DNA from: Chloroflexota bacterium
Lineage (GTDB): Bacteria > Chloroflexota > Dehalococcoidia > JACPQK01
DNA: 64,000 nt
Reading direction: 5' to 3'
Assembly (NCBI GenBank): GCA_016190505.1
Contig: JACPQM010000052.1
Location: forward strand, 21,027 to 85,026
Position numbers and translations under genes: made by a program
The notes under the pieces: model-generated
What the model was told of the DNA's origin: nothing
Seen by the model: the letters and a program-made list of their open reading frames with translations, nothing else
Database searches by the model: none
Shown here: piece by piece, positions 48,737 to 59,484 of the stretch
Position numbering within the stretch: the stretch's first letter is position 1
Layout: every line of letters begins with the position of its first letter

Positions 48737-49372
48737 TCAAGGCTGACCTACCTTGCCCTCCGCCAGAAGTTGTTCCACTGCGGAATGCGTGGCGCCGGTC
48801 CCGAACCCGCGCCGGCGCAGCCCAGCGGTCAATCGCCGCTTGAACTCGCCAGGGTCATCCGCGGGAAGATGGCGGGCAAAGCGCCGCCCGGCTTGGCAGG
48901 CGCTGGTGACTTCGTCCACGTCTGCCACCGCTGTCCGGGCGGTGTCCGGGTCAACGCCCAGACGGCCGAGCTCAAAAAGCAGGGCCTTACGCCCCCTGGG
49001 GTTAGCCTGCTCCCTTTGCCGCCGCCAGAACTGGGCGAAAGCGGCATCGTCCAGCAGCCCTTCTTTTTCAAGGCGTTGGAGGACCTGGCGTATGGTTGTG
49101 TCTCCCAGGGCGGCCCGGCGCAGGCGGACTTCGATCTCTGCCCGGCTGCGCGGGCGGTAGCCCAACAGCCGGTAGGCGATGGAAAGGCCACGGCGCACCT
49201 GGTCCGCCGCCAGAAGCGCCTCCGCCTGCTCTGGGGAAAGCGTTTGGCCAACCGAGAGACGCTCTTCGGCCAGCAGGTCGCAGCCCAGCCAAAGGCTCTG
49301 GCCATCGTCCAACCGGACCTGGGCTTGCCCTCGGGTGCCCCGGAGGGCCTTTATGGAAATTATGGTTTGCAT
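48737..49372 (-). CDS. recX: Regulatory protein RecX
   Basis: LLGYRPRSRAEI, LDDAAFA and LRRRGF; directly downstream of recA. Confidence 0.9.
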   Translation of the reverse strand: MQTIISIKALRGTRGQAQVRLDDGQSLWLGCDLLAEERLSVGQTLSPEQAEALLAADQVRRGLSIAYRLLGYRPRSRAEIEVRLRRAALGDTTIRQVLQRLEKEGLLDDAAFAQFWRRQREQANPRGRKALLFELGRLGVDPDTARTAVADVDEVTSACQAGRRFARHLPADDPGEFKRRLTAGLRRRGFGTGATHSAVEQLLAEGKVGQP

Positions 49373-49396
49373 GCCCGCCTCCGGCGGGCCGGGAGG

Positions 49397-50434
<1,038 letters not shown>

Positions 50435-50536
50435 CCGTTTCCCTTATTCCCGGCCAATAACAATCAAAGTAGCTATATACTAGCACAAACGCGCTAGCAA
50501 CACCAACCTGGCGCGGTTGTGCTGGATACTCCTCCC

Positions 50537-52054
50537 TTAGAACTGGTCGAAGGACTTCCCGTACAGCCGCCCCATGAAGGTCCAGCCTTCCTTCCGCCGG
50601 GCGGCCTTGACGGCCTCCATGATCATAATGGACAAGCCTTTGGCGCCGCCATAACCCAGGCCGCCGCCACGGCTGGGGTAGCCGCGGTGCCGGCCCAACT
50701 GCACCGTGGTGTCTACCCGGGCCACGTTGGCCGGGTCGAAGCTCCCGCCGCGGGCGTAATGCGGGAAATCGCAATAGAAGTAGACGGCCTGGTCGTCTTC
50801 CAGCCCCAGCCAGTCGAGCAGCTCGGCCATCTTGGTGCCCGTGGGCACCAGGGTCTCCTGGATGATGAACTTGGGGTTGTAGCCAGTGTCCAGCCAGTGT
50901 TCGGTGTCTATCCCCTTGCCCTTGAGTCCCATGAGGCTGTAGGGATTACCTAGCTGTACCACGTCCATCCCCAGCTCCTGGCACATGCGGCCAATGGAGA
51001 AGGGGCGGTTGGCGAAGCCGCACACGATGGCGGTCTTGCCCTTGACCATGCGCTCGCACTCCTGCCACACTTCCTTCAGGCCGGCCCACTCCCGTTGGAT
51101 GAGGGCTTCGCCCTCTGCCTCGTGGCCGGTAGCCTTGCCCAACTGGCGGACCCACTCGGCGGTGGAAATGGGCCCCAGGGGTTGGGCCAGGGGGATATAG
51201 CCGGTGCCGAACTGCTCCTGCATGGCGCGGGCCAGGGGCATGCCGTAGGAGGCACAGGTAATAGTGTTGGTGGCCGCCTCGGCGGCGTGGCGCAGCCGGC
51301 GATAGGGGTCAGAGCAGAAGACCACGTTGACCTGGAGCCCCATGCCCTCGATGAGGCGCCCCATCTCTTCGGAGTCGGCGGGAAAGTCCTGGCGGCGCAC
51401 AGCGCCCGGGAGGTCCTGCCGTGCCCGGCAGTAGGGCTGCTTGTTGTTGCCCAGGATGTTTACCTTGTTCTTGTCCACCCTGGCGGGCGGGTCCATAAGC
51501 TCGGAGAACTTGGGCAGCACATCTTCGAAGAAGCCGTTGCCGGTGTAGTCGAAGCCCGAGGTGGGCACATGGAACAGCCGGGCGCCGACCTCCTCCTGCG
51601 CCTGCGCGACGACAGCAACCACGTCATCCAGGGTCAGTCCCGGGGCGCAGCCCGTGAGTACGGCGATGAGCTCCGGCCTGTAGTCCCGGTCCACTGCCAG
51701 GATGGCCTGGCGCAGCTCCTTTTCGCCGCCATAGACCACGGCGTCGCTGCCCATGTTTGTGGTGGGAGTATGAAGATGGGGATTCCCGTAGTCCGTATAG
51801 TACGTGGCCTTGAACCCCTTCATGCAGGAGGGGCAGTTCAGAGGGGCATGCACCACCACCACCGCGTCGTTCATCTCCTCAATCATGTTGTAGGTCATCT
51901 CGAACTTGCACCAGGGGGAGGCGTGATTCTCGAATATTCCCCTGACCTGTTCCCGGGCGTTCAAGTCAGGGACCAGGGCATAGGCTTCTCTTAGGGTCGT
52001 CATGGGGAATCGAGAAATCTGGGGGTCCATAGGCTTCGCCGTGGTCAAAGTCAA
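50537..52054 (-). CDS. Nitrogenase component-1-like (NifD/NifE/Nfl-type) oxidoreductase, orphan
   Basis: Cluster Cys pattern SPWC / HAPLNC / LTGC, VVYGGEKEL and GFDY, plus a later ITCASY cysteine. Confidence 0.8.
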   Translation of the reverse strand: MTLTTAKPMDPQISRFPMTTLREAYALVPDLNAREQVRGIFENHASPWCKFEMTYNMIEEMNDAVVVVHAPLNCPSCMKGFKATYYTDYGNPHLHTPTTNMGSDAVVYGGEKELRQAILAVDRDYRPELIAVLTGCAPGLTLDDVVAVVAQAQEEVGARLFHVPTSGFDYTGNGFFEDVLPKFSELMDPPARVDKNKVNILGNNKQPYCRARQDLPGAVRRQDFPADSEEMGRLIEGMGLQVNVVFCSDPYRRLRHAAEAATNTITCASYGMPLARAMQEQFGTGYIPLAQPLGPISTAEWVRQLGKATGHEAEGEALIQREWAGLKEVWQECERMVKGKTAIVCGFANRPFSIGRMCQELGMDVVQLGNPYSLMGLKGKGIDTEHWLDTGYNPKFIIQETLVPTGTKMAELLDWLGLEDDQAVYFYCDFPHYARGGSFDPANVARVDTTVQLGRHRGYPSRGGGLGYGGAKGLSIMIMEAVKAARRKEGWTFMGRLYGKSFDQF

Positions 52055-52154
52055 CCACCTCCATCAGCAGTTTGAGTTGGGGCCTGCGCCCGCTGTTCAA
52101 GTCCGTGCTAACTAAAGCACAAACTGGTCTTTTTTTCAAGCACCTGGCGGATGG

Positions 52155-52280
52155 GCTACGGGGTACGGGCGGTAGGGCGCACGCCATGCGCCCCTACAGG
52201 CTACGGGCTATCTCTATCTCTGTCTCTGTCTCTGTCTCTGTCTCCGTCCAAAGCCTGAAGTCTGGAGTCTGAAGCCCGAA
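52155..52280. repeat. Composite intergenic repeat with GTAG REP and (TCTCTG)n microsatellite (copy 2)
   Basis: gtagggcgcacgccatgcgcccctac (52172-97), then six hexamer units and aagcctgaagtctggag. Confidence 0.75.
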
Positions 52281-52282
52281 GC

Positions 52283-54013
52283 CTAGAACCCCCGGTAATG
52301 GTTCACGATGGGCAGGCGCCGGTCGCGGCCAAAGGCGCGGGGGGTGATCTTGACGCCCGGTGGCGCCTGCCGGCGCTTGTACTCGCTGCCGTCCACCAGG
52401 CGCATCACACGCTTGACCGTCGCCTCGTCGAAGCCCAGGGACAGCATTTCGTCGAAGCTGCGGTCCTCCTCCACGTAGGCGTGCAGGATGGGGTCGAGCA
52501 CCTCATACGGGGGCAAGCTGTCGCTGTCGCGCTGCCCGGGGCGCAGCTCGGCGCTGGGCTCCTTGACCATCACGCTCTCCGGGATCACCGCGCCATCCCC
52601 ACGGCTGTTGCGGTAGCGGCACAGCTCGTAGACCAGGGTCTTGGGCACGTCCTTGATGACGGCGAAGCCCCCGGCCATGTCCCCGTACAGGGTGCAGTAG
52701 CCTGTGGCGAACTCACTCTTGTTGCCAGTGGTGAGCACCAGCCAGCCGAACTTGTTGGACAGGCCCATGAGTATGTTGCCCCGGATCCGCGCTTGCAGGT
52801 TCTCCTCCGCTACGTTGGGCTCGGTGCCAGCGAAGGCCTCCCCCAGCATTTCCAGGGAGGTCTTGAAGGCAGGCTCAATCGGGATGGTCATGGACCTGAT
52901 GCCCAGGTTGTCGGCCAGCACCTGTGCATCCTCCCGGCTGGACAGCGACGAGTAGCGGGAGGGCATACTTACCCCGACCACGTTCTCCGCGCCCAGTGCA
53001 TCTACGGCGACGCAAGCCGTGAGGGTGGAGTCTACGCCCCCCGATAGGCCGATAACCACCTTCCGGAATCCGTTCTTGGCCACGTAGTCGCGGGTGCCCG
53101 TTACCAGCGCAGAATAGACCTCGGCATTGCGAAGCAGCGGCTCCGCCTTGTGTGGGGCCAGGGTGAGGCGGCCGTCGGCCAGGGGTGTGCCCGAGAGCTC
53201 GATACGCTCCACCCCCGGCGGGATGGCCCCCACCTCTTTCCGCCGCCTGGGGTCATGCAGCCGGTGCCGGAAGACCCCTTCAACATCCAGGTCAGCCACC
53301 ACCAGGTCCTCTTCGAACTGCTTGCCCCGGGCCACCAGATTGCCCTGCTGATCGAAGACCATACTGCCGCCATCGAAGACCAGCTCGTCCTGGCCGCCCA
53401 CCAGGTTGGTGTAGGTAACGATGACCTCGTAGTCGGTGGCCCTGGTGGCCAGCATCCGCTCGCGGAAACCCCGCTTGCCCGCGTGGTAGGGCGAGGAGTT
53501 GATGTTTACGATGACCTCGGCGCCTGCCTGGCACTGGAGGCTGGTCGGCGGGCCAGGATACCAGATGTCCTCACAGATGTTAACGCCAATGGCCACACCG
53601 CTGACCATGAACACCGGGAACTCCTGGCCCCGGGCGAAATAGCGGTCCTCGTCAAAGACGCCATAGGTGGGCAGAAAGTGTTTGTGGTAGACGCCAGCCA
53701 CCCGCCCCTGGTGCAGCACGGCGGCCGCGTTGTGGATGTCGCCCTCCGAGTCCACGAAGCCCACCACGGCCACGATGCCCCGGACAGCCCGGGCCACCTG
53801 CTGGAGGTAGTGCTGGTTGTCCTGGATAAACTGGGGCTTGAGGAGCAGGTCCTCCGGGGGGTACCCGGTGATGGTGAGCTCCGGGAAGGCCACCAGGTCT
53901 GACCCCTGGGCCTTCGCCTCCTCAATGTACTCGATCACTTTGGCGGCATTGCCCGGCAGGTCACCCACGGTGGTGTTTATCTGGGCTAGGGCTATCCGAA
54001 ACTTTCGGGCCAT
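52283..54013 (-). CDS. nadE: Glutamine-dependent NAD+ synthetase
   Basis: N-terminal nitrilase domain (FPEL, ICEDIW), GLSGGVDS, TGNKSE and EPSAELRP. Confidence 0.96.
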   Translation of the reverse strand: MARKFRIALAQINTTVGDLPGNAAKVIEYIEEAKAQGSDLVAFPELTITGYPPEDLLLKPQFIQDNQHYLQQVARAVRGIVAVVGFVDSEGDIHNAAAVLHQGRVAGVYHKHFLPTYGVFDEDRYFARGQEFPVFMVSGVAIGVNICEDIWYPGPPTSLQCQAGAEVIVNINSSPYHAGKRGFRERMLATRATDYEVIVTYTNLVGGQDELVFDGGSMVFDQQGNLVARGKQFEEDLVVADLDVEGVFRHRLHDPRRRKEVGAIPPGVERIELSGTPLADGRLTLAPHKAEPLLRNAEVYSALVTGTRDYVAKNGFRKVVIGLSGGVDSTLTACVAVDALGAENVVGVSMPSRYSSLSSREDAQVLADNLGIRSMTIPIEPAFKTSLEMLGEAFAGTEPNVAEENLQARIRGNILMGLSNKFGWLVLTTGNKSEFATGYCTLYGDMAGGFAVIKDVPKTLVYELCRYRNSRGDGAVIPESVMVKEPSAELRPGQRDSDSLPPYEVLDPILHAYVEEDRSFDEMLSLGFDEATVKRVMRLVDGSEYKRRQAPPGVKITPRAFGRDRRLPIVNHYRGF

Positions 54014-54372
54014 ACGTTTTCGGCAACTAGTATATCACTGCCCAGGCAACGCGAAATGAGCCATTGAGGTGGAACGCATCCCAAATCGGCACAACCCGAA
54101 CAGTTGGATTATTCTGTCACACCATTGGAGTTGCAGGCGCGGTGAGAGCGTTCTCTATGGCTGAGAGTGAAGAGGGCGAAATACCGGCAGCGGTGCTCGA
54201 TAACGCGAAGCTTGTCGCAAAGACAATTGGGAAGAGCAACCGGTTCTCCGTGCTTGTCGAGGTTGAACGGATCGGCCAGACCATTAGCGTGCCGTTGGTA
54301 CAAGCGCGGCACGTCACGGTCGCAAGTGAATGAAGGCCCAGTACGTTGCGCCGGCGAGTGCGCAATTATCCC

Positions 54373-54431
54373 GCGGAACAACCGGTTGCAGCGGACGGCG
54401 CTTCGCGCCGTCGCTGACTTTGTCGTTGGGC
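54373..54431 (+). mobile_element. Solo attC-like site (59 bp)
   Basis: gcggAAC-aaccgg-TTGCAGCGgACGGCG-cttcg-CGCCGTCGCTGA-ctttgtc-GTTGGGC: two extrahelical G and a perfect GTTRRRY core. Confidence 0.65.
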
Positions 54432-54720
54432 GGCGCCCCCGAGTATTTGGAGGACAATGTGCCACGGGCCAATAGAGGCGACTGGAAGACCTGCTCGCGA
54501 GGCCACAAATACAGAGGGCCCGGTGGCTGCCCGGTCTGATGGAAGGGCAATCGCGACACCGGCGGTGCGCGCAGTAGGTCGAAGGGACGCTCTCCATCCA
54601 CGTCTCGCACCTCATCCGGACAAGAAGGCGTTGCCTGACGGCTCGCGACTTGCAGGGTGAGCGGGACCAGGGCAAGAATAGGCCAGCCCCCAATCCCTAT
54701 TCCTGGGGCGATCCGAATTG

Positions 54721-54749
54721 TTGACTGGTTCCAAGGTCAATGCTAGTAT
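54721..54749 (+). promoter_or_regulatory. Sigma70 promoter of the DUF433/DUF5615 pair with overlapping inverted repeat
   Basis: TTGACT-N17-TAGTAT with an extended TG; TTGAC...GTCAA (54721-40) is a possible autoregulatory operator. Confidence 0.65.
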
Positions 54750-54770
54750 CCTCTCGAAGAGGTACAAACC

Positions 54771-54995
54771 ATGAGGTTCGAGCGCATTACCGTAGACCCC
54801 CGTGTTTGCACCGGTAAGCCGTGCATCCGCGGGCTTCGTTTTCCGGTCTCACGCCTGCTTGGCCTTCTGGCTTCTGGAGAGACCAAGGAAGCGATTCTAA
54901 GGGCATACCCCTACCTGGAGGCAGAGGATATCGCCGAGGCTTTGCACTACGCTGCCTACCTCGCAGAAGAGGAAACGGTGGAATTCTCTAGGTGA
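54771..54995 (+). CDS. DUF433 family antitoxin
   Basis: ITVDPRVCTGKPCIRGLRFPV...YPYLEAEDI. Confidence 0.92.
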   Translation: MRFERITVDPRVCTGKPCIRGLRFPVSRLLGLLASGETKEAILRAYPYLEAEDIAEALHYAAYLAEEETVEFSR

Positions 54996-55366
54996 GGTTC
55001 CTCGTTGACATGCCACTGTCACCCGGACTAGCTGCCTGGCTGGCGCAACAAGGACACAACGCTATTCATGCCCTTGAAATAGGACTGGGCCGGGCTCCGG
55101 ACGAAGTCGTCTTGGAGCGCGCTCGGAATGAACAGCGAGTGGTCATCACGGCTGATTTGGACTATCCCCGGCTTCTGGCTATGGCGCAATCTGAAGGGCC
55201 TGGCCTTATACTCCTCCGAGGTGGAAACTATAGTGATCAGGAAGCTGTGGAGCGCCTGACCCGAGTGCTCGAAGCGGTTGCAAACGAGGAGTTACCGAAT
55301 TCAATTGTTGTCGTTGACAGGGAGCGGATTCGCCGCAGGCGCCTTCCAATTGAACCAAGTCCCTGA
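54992..55366 (+). CDS. DUF5615 PIN-like toxin
   Basis: MRFLVDMPLS, APDEVV and ITADLDY; GTGA-type overlap with the DUF433 gene. Confidence 0.9.
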   Translation: MRFLVDMPLSPGLAAWLAQQGHNAIHALEIGLGRAPDEVVLERARNEQRVVITADLDYPRLLAMAQSEGPGLILLRGGNYSDQEAVERLTRVLEAVANEELPNSIVVVDRERIRRRRLPIEPSP

Positions 55367-55575
55367 CGGACAGAGCAACTTCGGTTTACATGCCGCGACG
55401 GCGGACCGTCGCTTTCGCCGCCTAAGTTGATGCCAGAAGAGGCGGCGGTAGCACCATCCGGCCACTTGTGGTAAACTCTTACCCTCGGTGACAGGTTGTA
55501 CTTTTTTTCGCGCATTCCCGCTGTGCTGGGCGCAGGCCCAGGCTGGCGGGCGCAGTCTCTAGGAGGAACTAACCT

Positions 55576-57726
55576 ATGAGCATAGTGTGGGTGGTCCCCA
55601 TCTCGGGCCTGATAGCCGTACTCTTTGCCTTCGCTATGGCCCGGGATGTGCTGCGCCGGGACCCGGGAACGCCCAAGATGCAGGAGATCGCCGGGACCAT
55701 CCTGGAAGGGGCCATGGCCTTCCTGCGCCGCCAGTACAGGACCATCGGCATACTGTCAATAGTGGTCGCTGTAGTCGTCGGCGCGGTGGTCGGCCTGGTG
55801 GGTGGTGCGCTGGAAGTGAAAGACCCCCAGGGCGCCATCTTCCGCATCAGCGCTGGAGGGGTGGCCTGGCGCACGGCCCTGGCTTTCCTGGCGGGGGCCT
55901 TCTGCTCCGCCATCTCGGGGTTCATCGGGATGTACATCTCGGTGCGCTCCAACCTGCGCTGCGCCGCCGCCGCCCAGAAAGGGCTCCGGGACGCCATCAC
56001 CGTGGCCATGCGAGGTGGCGCGGTGTCCGGGTTCCTCATCGTGGCCCTCAGCCTGCTGGGGGTCACCGCCATGTACTATGCCTACGGGGCCAAGCCCGAG
56101 CTGGCCCCCCACCTCATCGTGGGCTTCGGCTTCGGGGCTAGCTTCGTGGCCCTCTTCGCCCAGCTTGGCGGCGGTATCTACACCAAGGCCGCCGATATGG
56201 GCGCCGACCTGGTGGGCAAGGTAGAGGCCGGCATCCCGGAAGACGACCCCCGCAACGCGGCCGTCATCGCCGACCTGGTGGGGGACAACGTGGGCGACTG
56301 CGCCGGCCGCGGCGCTGACCTCTTCGAGTCCACGGCCGCCGAGAACATCGGCGCCATGATCCTGGGCATCCTGGCCTATCTCGCCACCAGGGACCCGGCC
56401 TGGGTATTGTTCCCCCTGGTGGTGCGCGCCTTTGGCCTGATCGCCAGCATAGTGGGTGTGCTCATGGTGCGGGGCAAAGAGGGTGAGAACCCCATGACCG
56501 CCCTGAACCGGGGTTACTTCATAGCCATTGGCTTCTCACTGGCGGGCATGGCCCTGGCCACCTTCACCATGCTGGACAACGGCTGGCTCTTCCTGTCGGG
56601 CGCCGTGGGCATCCTCACCAGTGTGGTGGTGGTGTACGTCACCCAGTACTACACTGAGCCGCGCTACCGGCCCGTAAAGGAGATCGCCAAGGCTTCCCGT
56701 ACCGGGCCAGCCACCAACATCGTGGCGGGCACCGCTGTTGGTTTCGAGACCACCTTCGCCACCGCCGTGGTCATCGGCATCGCGCTGTTGCTCTCATACT
56801 GGCTGGGTGGCAAAGCCGGGATCGAGGGAGGCGCCGTGTTCGGCACCGCCGTGGCCACCATGGGCATGCTTATGACCTGCCCCTACATCCTGTCCATGGA
56901 CACCTTCGGGCCGATCACCGACAACGCCAACGGCATCATCGAGATGGCTGGGTTGGGTGGGGCGGCGCGCGCGGTCACCGACAAGCTGGATGCCGTGGGT
57001 AACACCACCAAGGCCCTCACCAAAGGCTACGCCATGGTGTCCGCTGGTCTGGCTGCCTTCCTCCTGTTCCAGGCCTATATGGAACGGGCAACTAGTCTCC
57101 GCGTTGCCAAAGGCTTGCTCCCCCTCGACAAGGTGGACCTGGCAAAGCCAGAGGTCTTTGTGGCCGGCCTGCTGGCGGTGATGCTGGTGTTCCTGTTCTC
57201 CTCCCTGGCCATACGAGCCGTGGGCAAGACGGCGGGGGCCATCATCGAGGAAGTCCGGCGCCAGTTCAAGGCGGACCCCGGCATCATGAAGGGCACGTCT
57301 CGACCTGACTATGCCCGGGCGGTTGACATAACGGCCAGGGCCGGGCTCCGGGAGATGGTATGGCCCGGCGTACTGGTGGTCGCGGCACCCATTGTAGTAG
57401 GTGTGCTGTTCCGCCAGGTCGCCAGCTACGACTCCGCCATGTCGGTGGCGGCGCTGCTCATGGTGGGCACCATAGCCGGCATCATGCTGGCTTCCTTCAT
57501 GAACAACGGGGGCGGCGCATGGGACAATGCCAAGAAGATGATCGAAGCCGGCGAGCTTAAGGACGAGAGCGGCAAGGTGCTGGGAAAGGGTACGCCGGCC
57601 CACGCCGCCGCAGTGGTCGGTGACACCGTGGGCGACCCCTTCAAGGACACGGCTGGCCCCTCCCTGCACGTGTTGGTCAAGCTGCTGAGCACTGTTACCC
57701 TGGTGCTGGTGCCCATATTCGTTTAG
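55576..57726 (+). CDS. hppA: Membrane-bound proton-translocating pyrophosphatase, K+-independent type
   Basis: YTKAADMGADLVGKVE, EDDPRN, DNVGD and GNTTKA (Lys marks the K+-independent type), plus GGAWDNAKK. Confidence 0.95.
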   Translation: MSIVWVVPISGLIAVLFAFAMARDVLRRDPGTPKMQEIAGTILEGAMAFLRRQYRTIGILSIVVAVVVGAVVGLVGGALEVKDPQGAIFRISAGGVAWRTALAFLAGAFCSAISGFIGMYISVRSNLRCAAAAQKGLRDAITVAMRGGAVSGFLIVALSLLGVTAMYYAYGAKPELAPHLIVGFGFGASFVALFAQLGGGIYTKAADMGADLVGKVEAGIPEDDPRNAAVIADLVGDNVGDCAGRGADLFESTAAENIGAMILGILAYLATRDPAWVLFPLVVRAFGLIASIVGVLMVRGKEGENPMTALNRGYFIAIGFSLAGMALATFTMLDNGWLFLSGAVGILTSVVVVYVTQYYTEPRYRPVKEIAKASRTGPATNIVAGTAVGFETTFATAVVIGIALLLSYWLGGKAGIEGGAVFGTAVATMGMLMTCPYILSMDTFGPITDNANGIIEMAGLGGAARAVTDKLDAVGNTTKALTKGYAMVSAGLAAFLLFQAYMERATSLRVAKGLLPLDKVDLAKPEVFVAGLLAVMLVFLFSSLAIRAVGKTAGAIIEEVRRQFKADPGIMKGTSRPDYARAVDITARAGLREMVWPGVLVVAAPIVVGVLFRQVASYDSAMSVAALLMVGTIAGIMLASFMNNGGGAWDNAKKMIEAGELKDESGKVLGKGTPAHAAAVVGDTVGDPFKDTAGPSLHVLVKLLSTVTLVLVPIFV

Positions 57727-57809
57727 GCATCGCTTTGAGGGTGCCGGCGCGGAGGTGAGATTTGGACGGCTCGATCGGCGCTGGCACCCTGGCCCAGGTG
57801 GGGGTCCCG

Positions 57810-58742
57810 CTATCTGTAGTGCCGCTGGAGCTCGGAGGCGTACCTGGCCCCCACCCCGCGAGCGTTCTGGGCCAACCAGTCGCTCAGCCGGGTGCGCCCG
57901 GTGACTGGTCCCGCAGACACCAGGAGATTGGCCATGAGGCCCCTGATCTCGTCCCTGGTTATTATGACGTCATTGAGCATGAGGCTACCGAACCGGGCCA
58001 GCCACAGGCCCAGGTCGGGGGGGAGGTGCAGGACTCTGGCCCGGCTGCCTGCGGCACGGCCTATGAGCCTGACCAACTGGTCGAACGTGTAGGTCTCGGG
58101 GCCAACGGCATCAACGAACAGGTCCTCGGTCCGGTGTCCGGAATGGGCAGCTATCTGGGCCACGTCCTTCACATATACCGGTTGGACCCGGCAGTCCCCA
58201 CGTCCAAAGACAGCAAACGCGGGAAACCGCCGGAGGTGCCAGGCGATGTTGTTTATGAGTATGTCCTCGAGCCCAAAGACTACTGTCGGCCGGACTATGG
58301 CGTAGGACAGGCCCGAGGCGATGATGGCTTGCTCCACCCGGCCTTTGCCCCGGAAATAGGGCAGCGGCGAGTCTGCTGAGGCGTTGGTGATGCTGATGTG
58401 CACGATCCGGCGCACACCGGCCTGCCGGGCGGCCCGGACCAGCGTCCCCGAGTTGGCGACGGCCGTTTCGAAGGTAACCCGGCCCCGGGGGAAGCGCACC
58501 CAGTAGGTGTTATACAGGGTAGTCACTCCCCTGAGGCTTTCCACTAGCTGGGTGGGATGGGCGAAGTCCAGGGGGAAGACCTTGACCCTGCCCCCGAAGG
58601 GGTCCTGCCGGCGGGGATGCCCGGTCAGCGTCCGTACGCTTTCGCCCGAGTCGAGTAACTGCCGGGTTATGTACTTTCCGATATAACCGAAGGCACCAGT
58701 AACAGCGTTCAAGAAGGTGGGATTCCTGCGTCGCAGCGTCAT
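57810..58742 (-). CDS. NAD(P)-binding atypical SDR / epimerase
   Basis: AVTGAFGYIG, RRIVHIS and IVRPTVVFG. Confidence 0.88.
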   Translation of the reverse strand: MTLRRRNPTFLNAVTGAFGYIGKYITRQLLDSGESVRTLTGHPRRQDPFGGRVKVFPLDFAHPTQLVESLRGVTTLYNTYWVRFPRGRVTFETAVANSGTLVRAARQAGVRRIVHISITNASADSPLPYFRGKGRVEQAIIASGLSYAIVRPTVVFGLEDILINNIAWHLRRFPAFAVFGRGDCRVQPVYVKDVAQIAAHSGHRTEDLFVDAVGPETYTFDQLVRLIGRAAGSRARVLHLPPDLGLWLARFGSLMLNDVIITRDEIRGLMANLLVSAGPVTGRTRLSDWLAQNARGVGARYASELQRHYR

Positions 58743-58760
58743 GGCCGGCTGCGCACGCCG

Positions 58761-59147
58761 CTATGGGTGCTCCAGAAGTTTCAACTCCTGCATGGGGAAG
58801 TGCCTGGGGTTTGCGGTAACCAGGCAAGCACCACGGCCCACAGCCACTGCAGCCACCAACATATCGGCCAGGCTCAAAGTAACTCCTTTTCGGGCGAACT
58901 CGTTCCGATATGTGCCTGCCCTTCGGGCGTCGTCTGCCCTTATGTCGTAGTAGGCCAGGTCCTGGAGAAACTGTTCAGCATGGGACAATTCCCAGGGAAA
59001 TAGGCCAGAGTACAGCTCAGCGATATTGACCGCGCAGACCGCCAGCTCATGCCCATCATTTGAAAGTTGGGCCAGCAGTGCGGCGACCGGACGACGACCC
59101 TTGAGCTGGTCTATCAAGGCCGTCGTGTCTAGGAGGTATCTCGCCAA
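58761..59147 (-). CDS. VapC PIN-domain toxin
   Basis: YLLDTTALID, NIAEL, DMLVAA and TANPRHF. Confidence 0.9.
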   Translation of the reverse strand: MARYLLDTTALIDQLKGRRPVAALLAQLSNDGHELAVCAVNIAELYSGLFPWELSHAEQFLQDLAYYDIRADDARRAGTYRNEFARKGVTLSLADMLVAAVAVGRGACLVTANPRHFPMQELKLLEHP

Positions 59148-59386
59148 GGGTCCCGCTCTTGTTCACGCAGTTTCCTGACCCATGCGTACACGTCTTCCCG
59201 GGTGGCCCACTCAGGATGGTCCTCGGCAGACAGGATACCAGCCGTCTCGCGCAACGCCTTCAGCAACCGCTCCCTTTTGAGCTTGTCTCGCGCTGCCTCC
59301 TCCACAAAACGGCTGCGCTGCCGCTTGCCCACCAGGGCGTCTATCTCCCTTACCAACTCTTCCGAAAGTACCAGGTGCGTCCGCAT
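59129..59386 (-). CDS. Antitoxin with RHH/CopG-like N-terminus
   Basis: RTHLVLSEELVREID...RSRFVEEA; overlaps the PIN gene. Confidence 0.85.
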   Translation of the reverse strand: MRTHLVLSEELVREIDALVGKRQRSRFVEEAARDKLKRERLLKALRETAGILSAEDHPEWATREDVYAWVRKLREQERDPWRDTS

Positions 59387-59484
59387 GCGTCACATCCCAC
59401 AGTGAAGTCCCACTGATGATACCACAGATAGTGGGCCTTCGCGGCGGACGAACGGAGTCAAGACAGGGACTGGTGGGGTTGGGG

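Noticed and set aside
50440-50520. LexA box upstream of recA
   Set aside because: No GAAC-N4-GTTC-like site could be identified with confidence.
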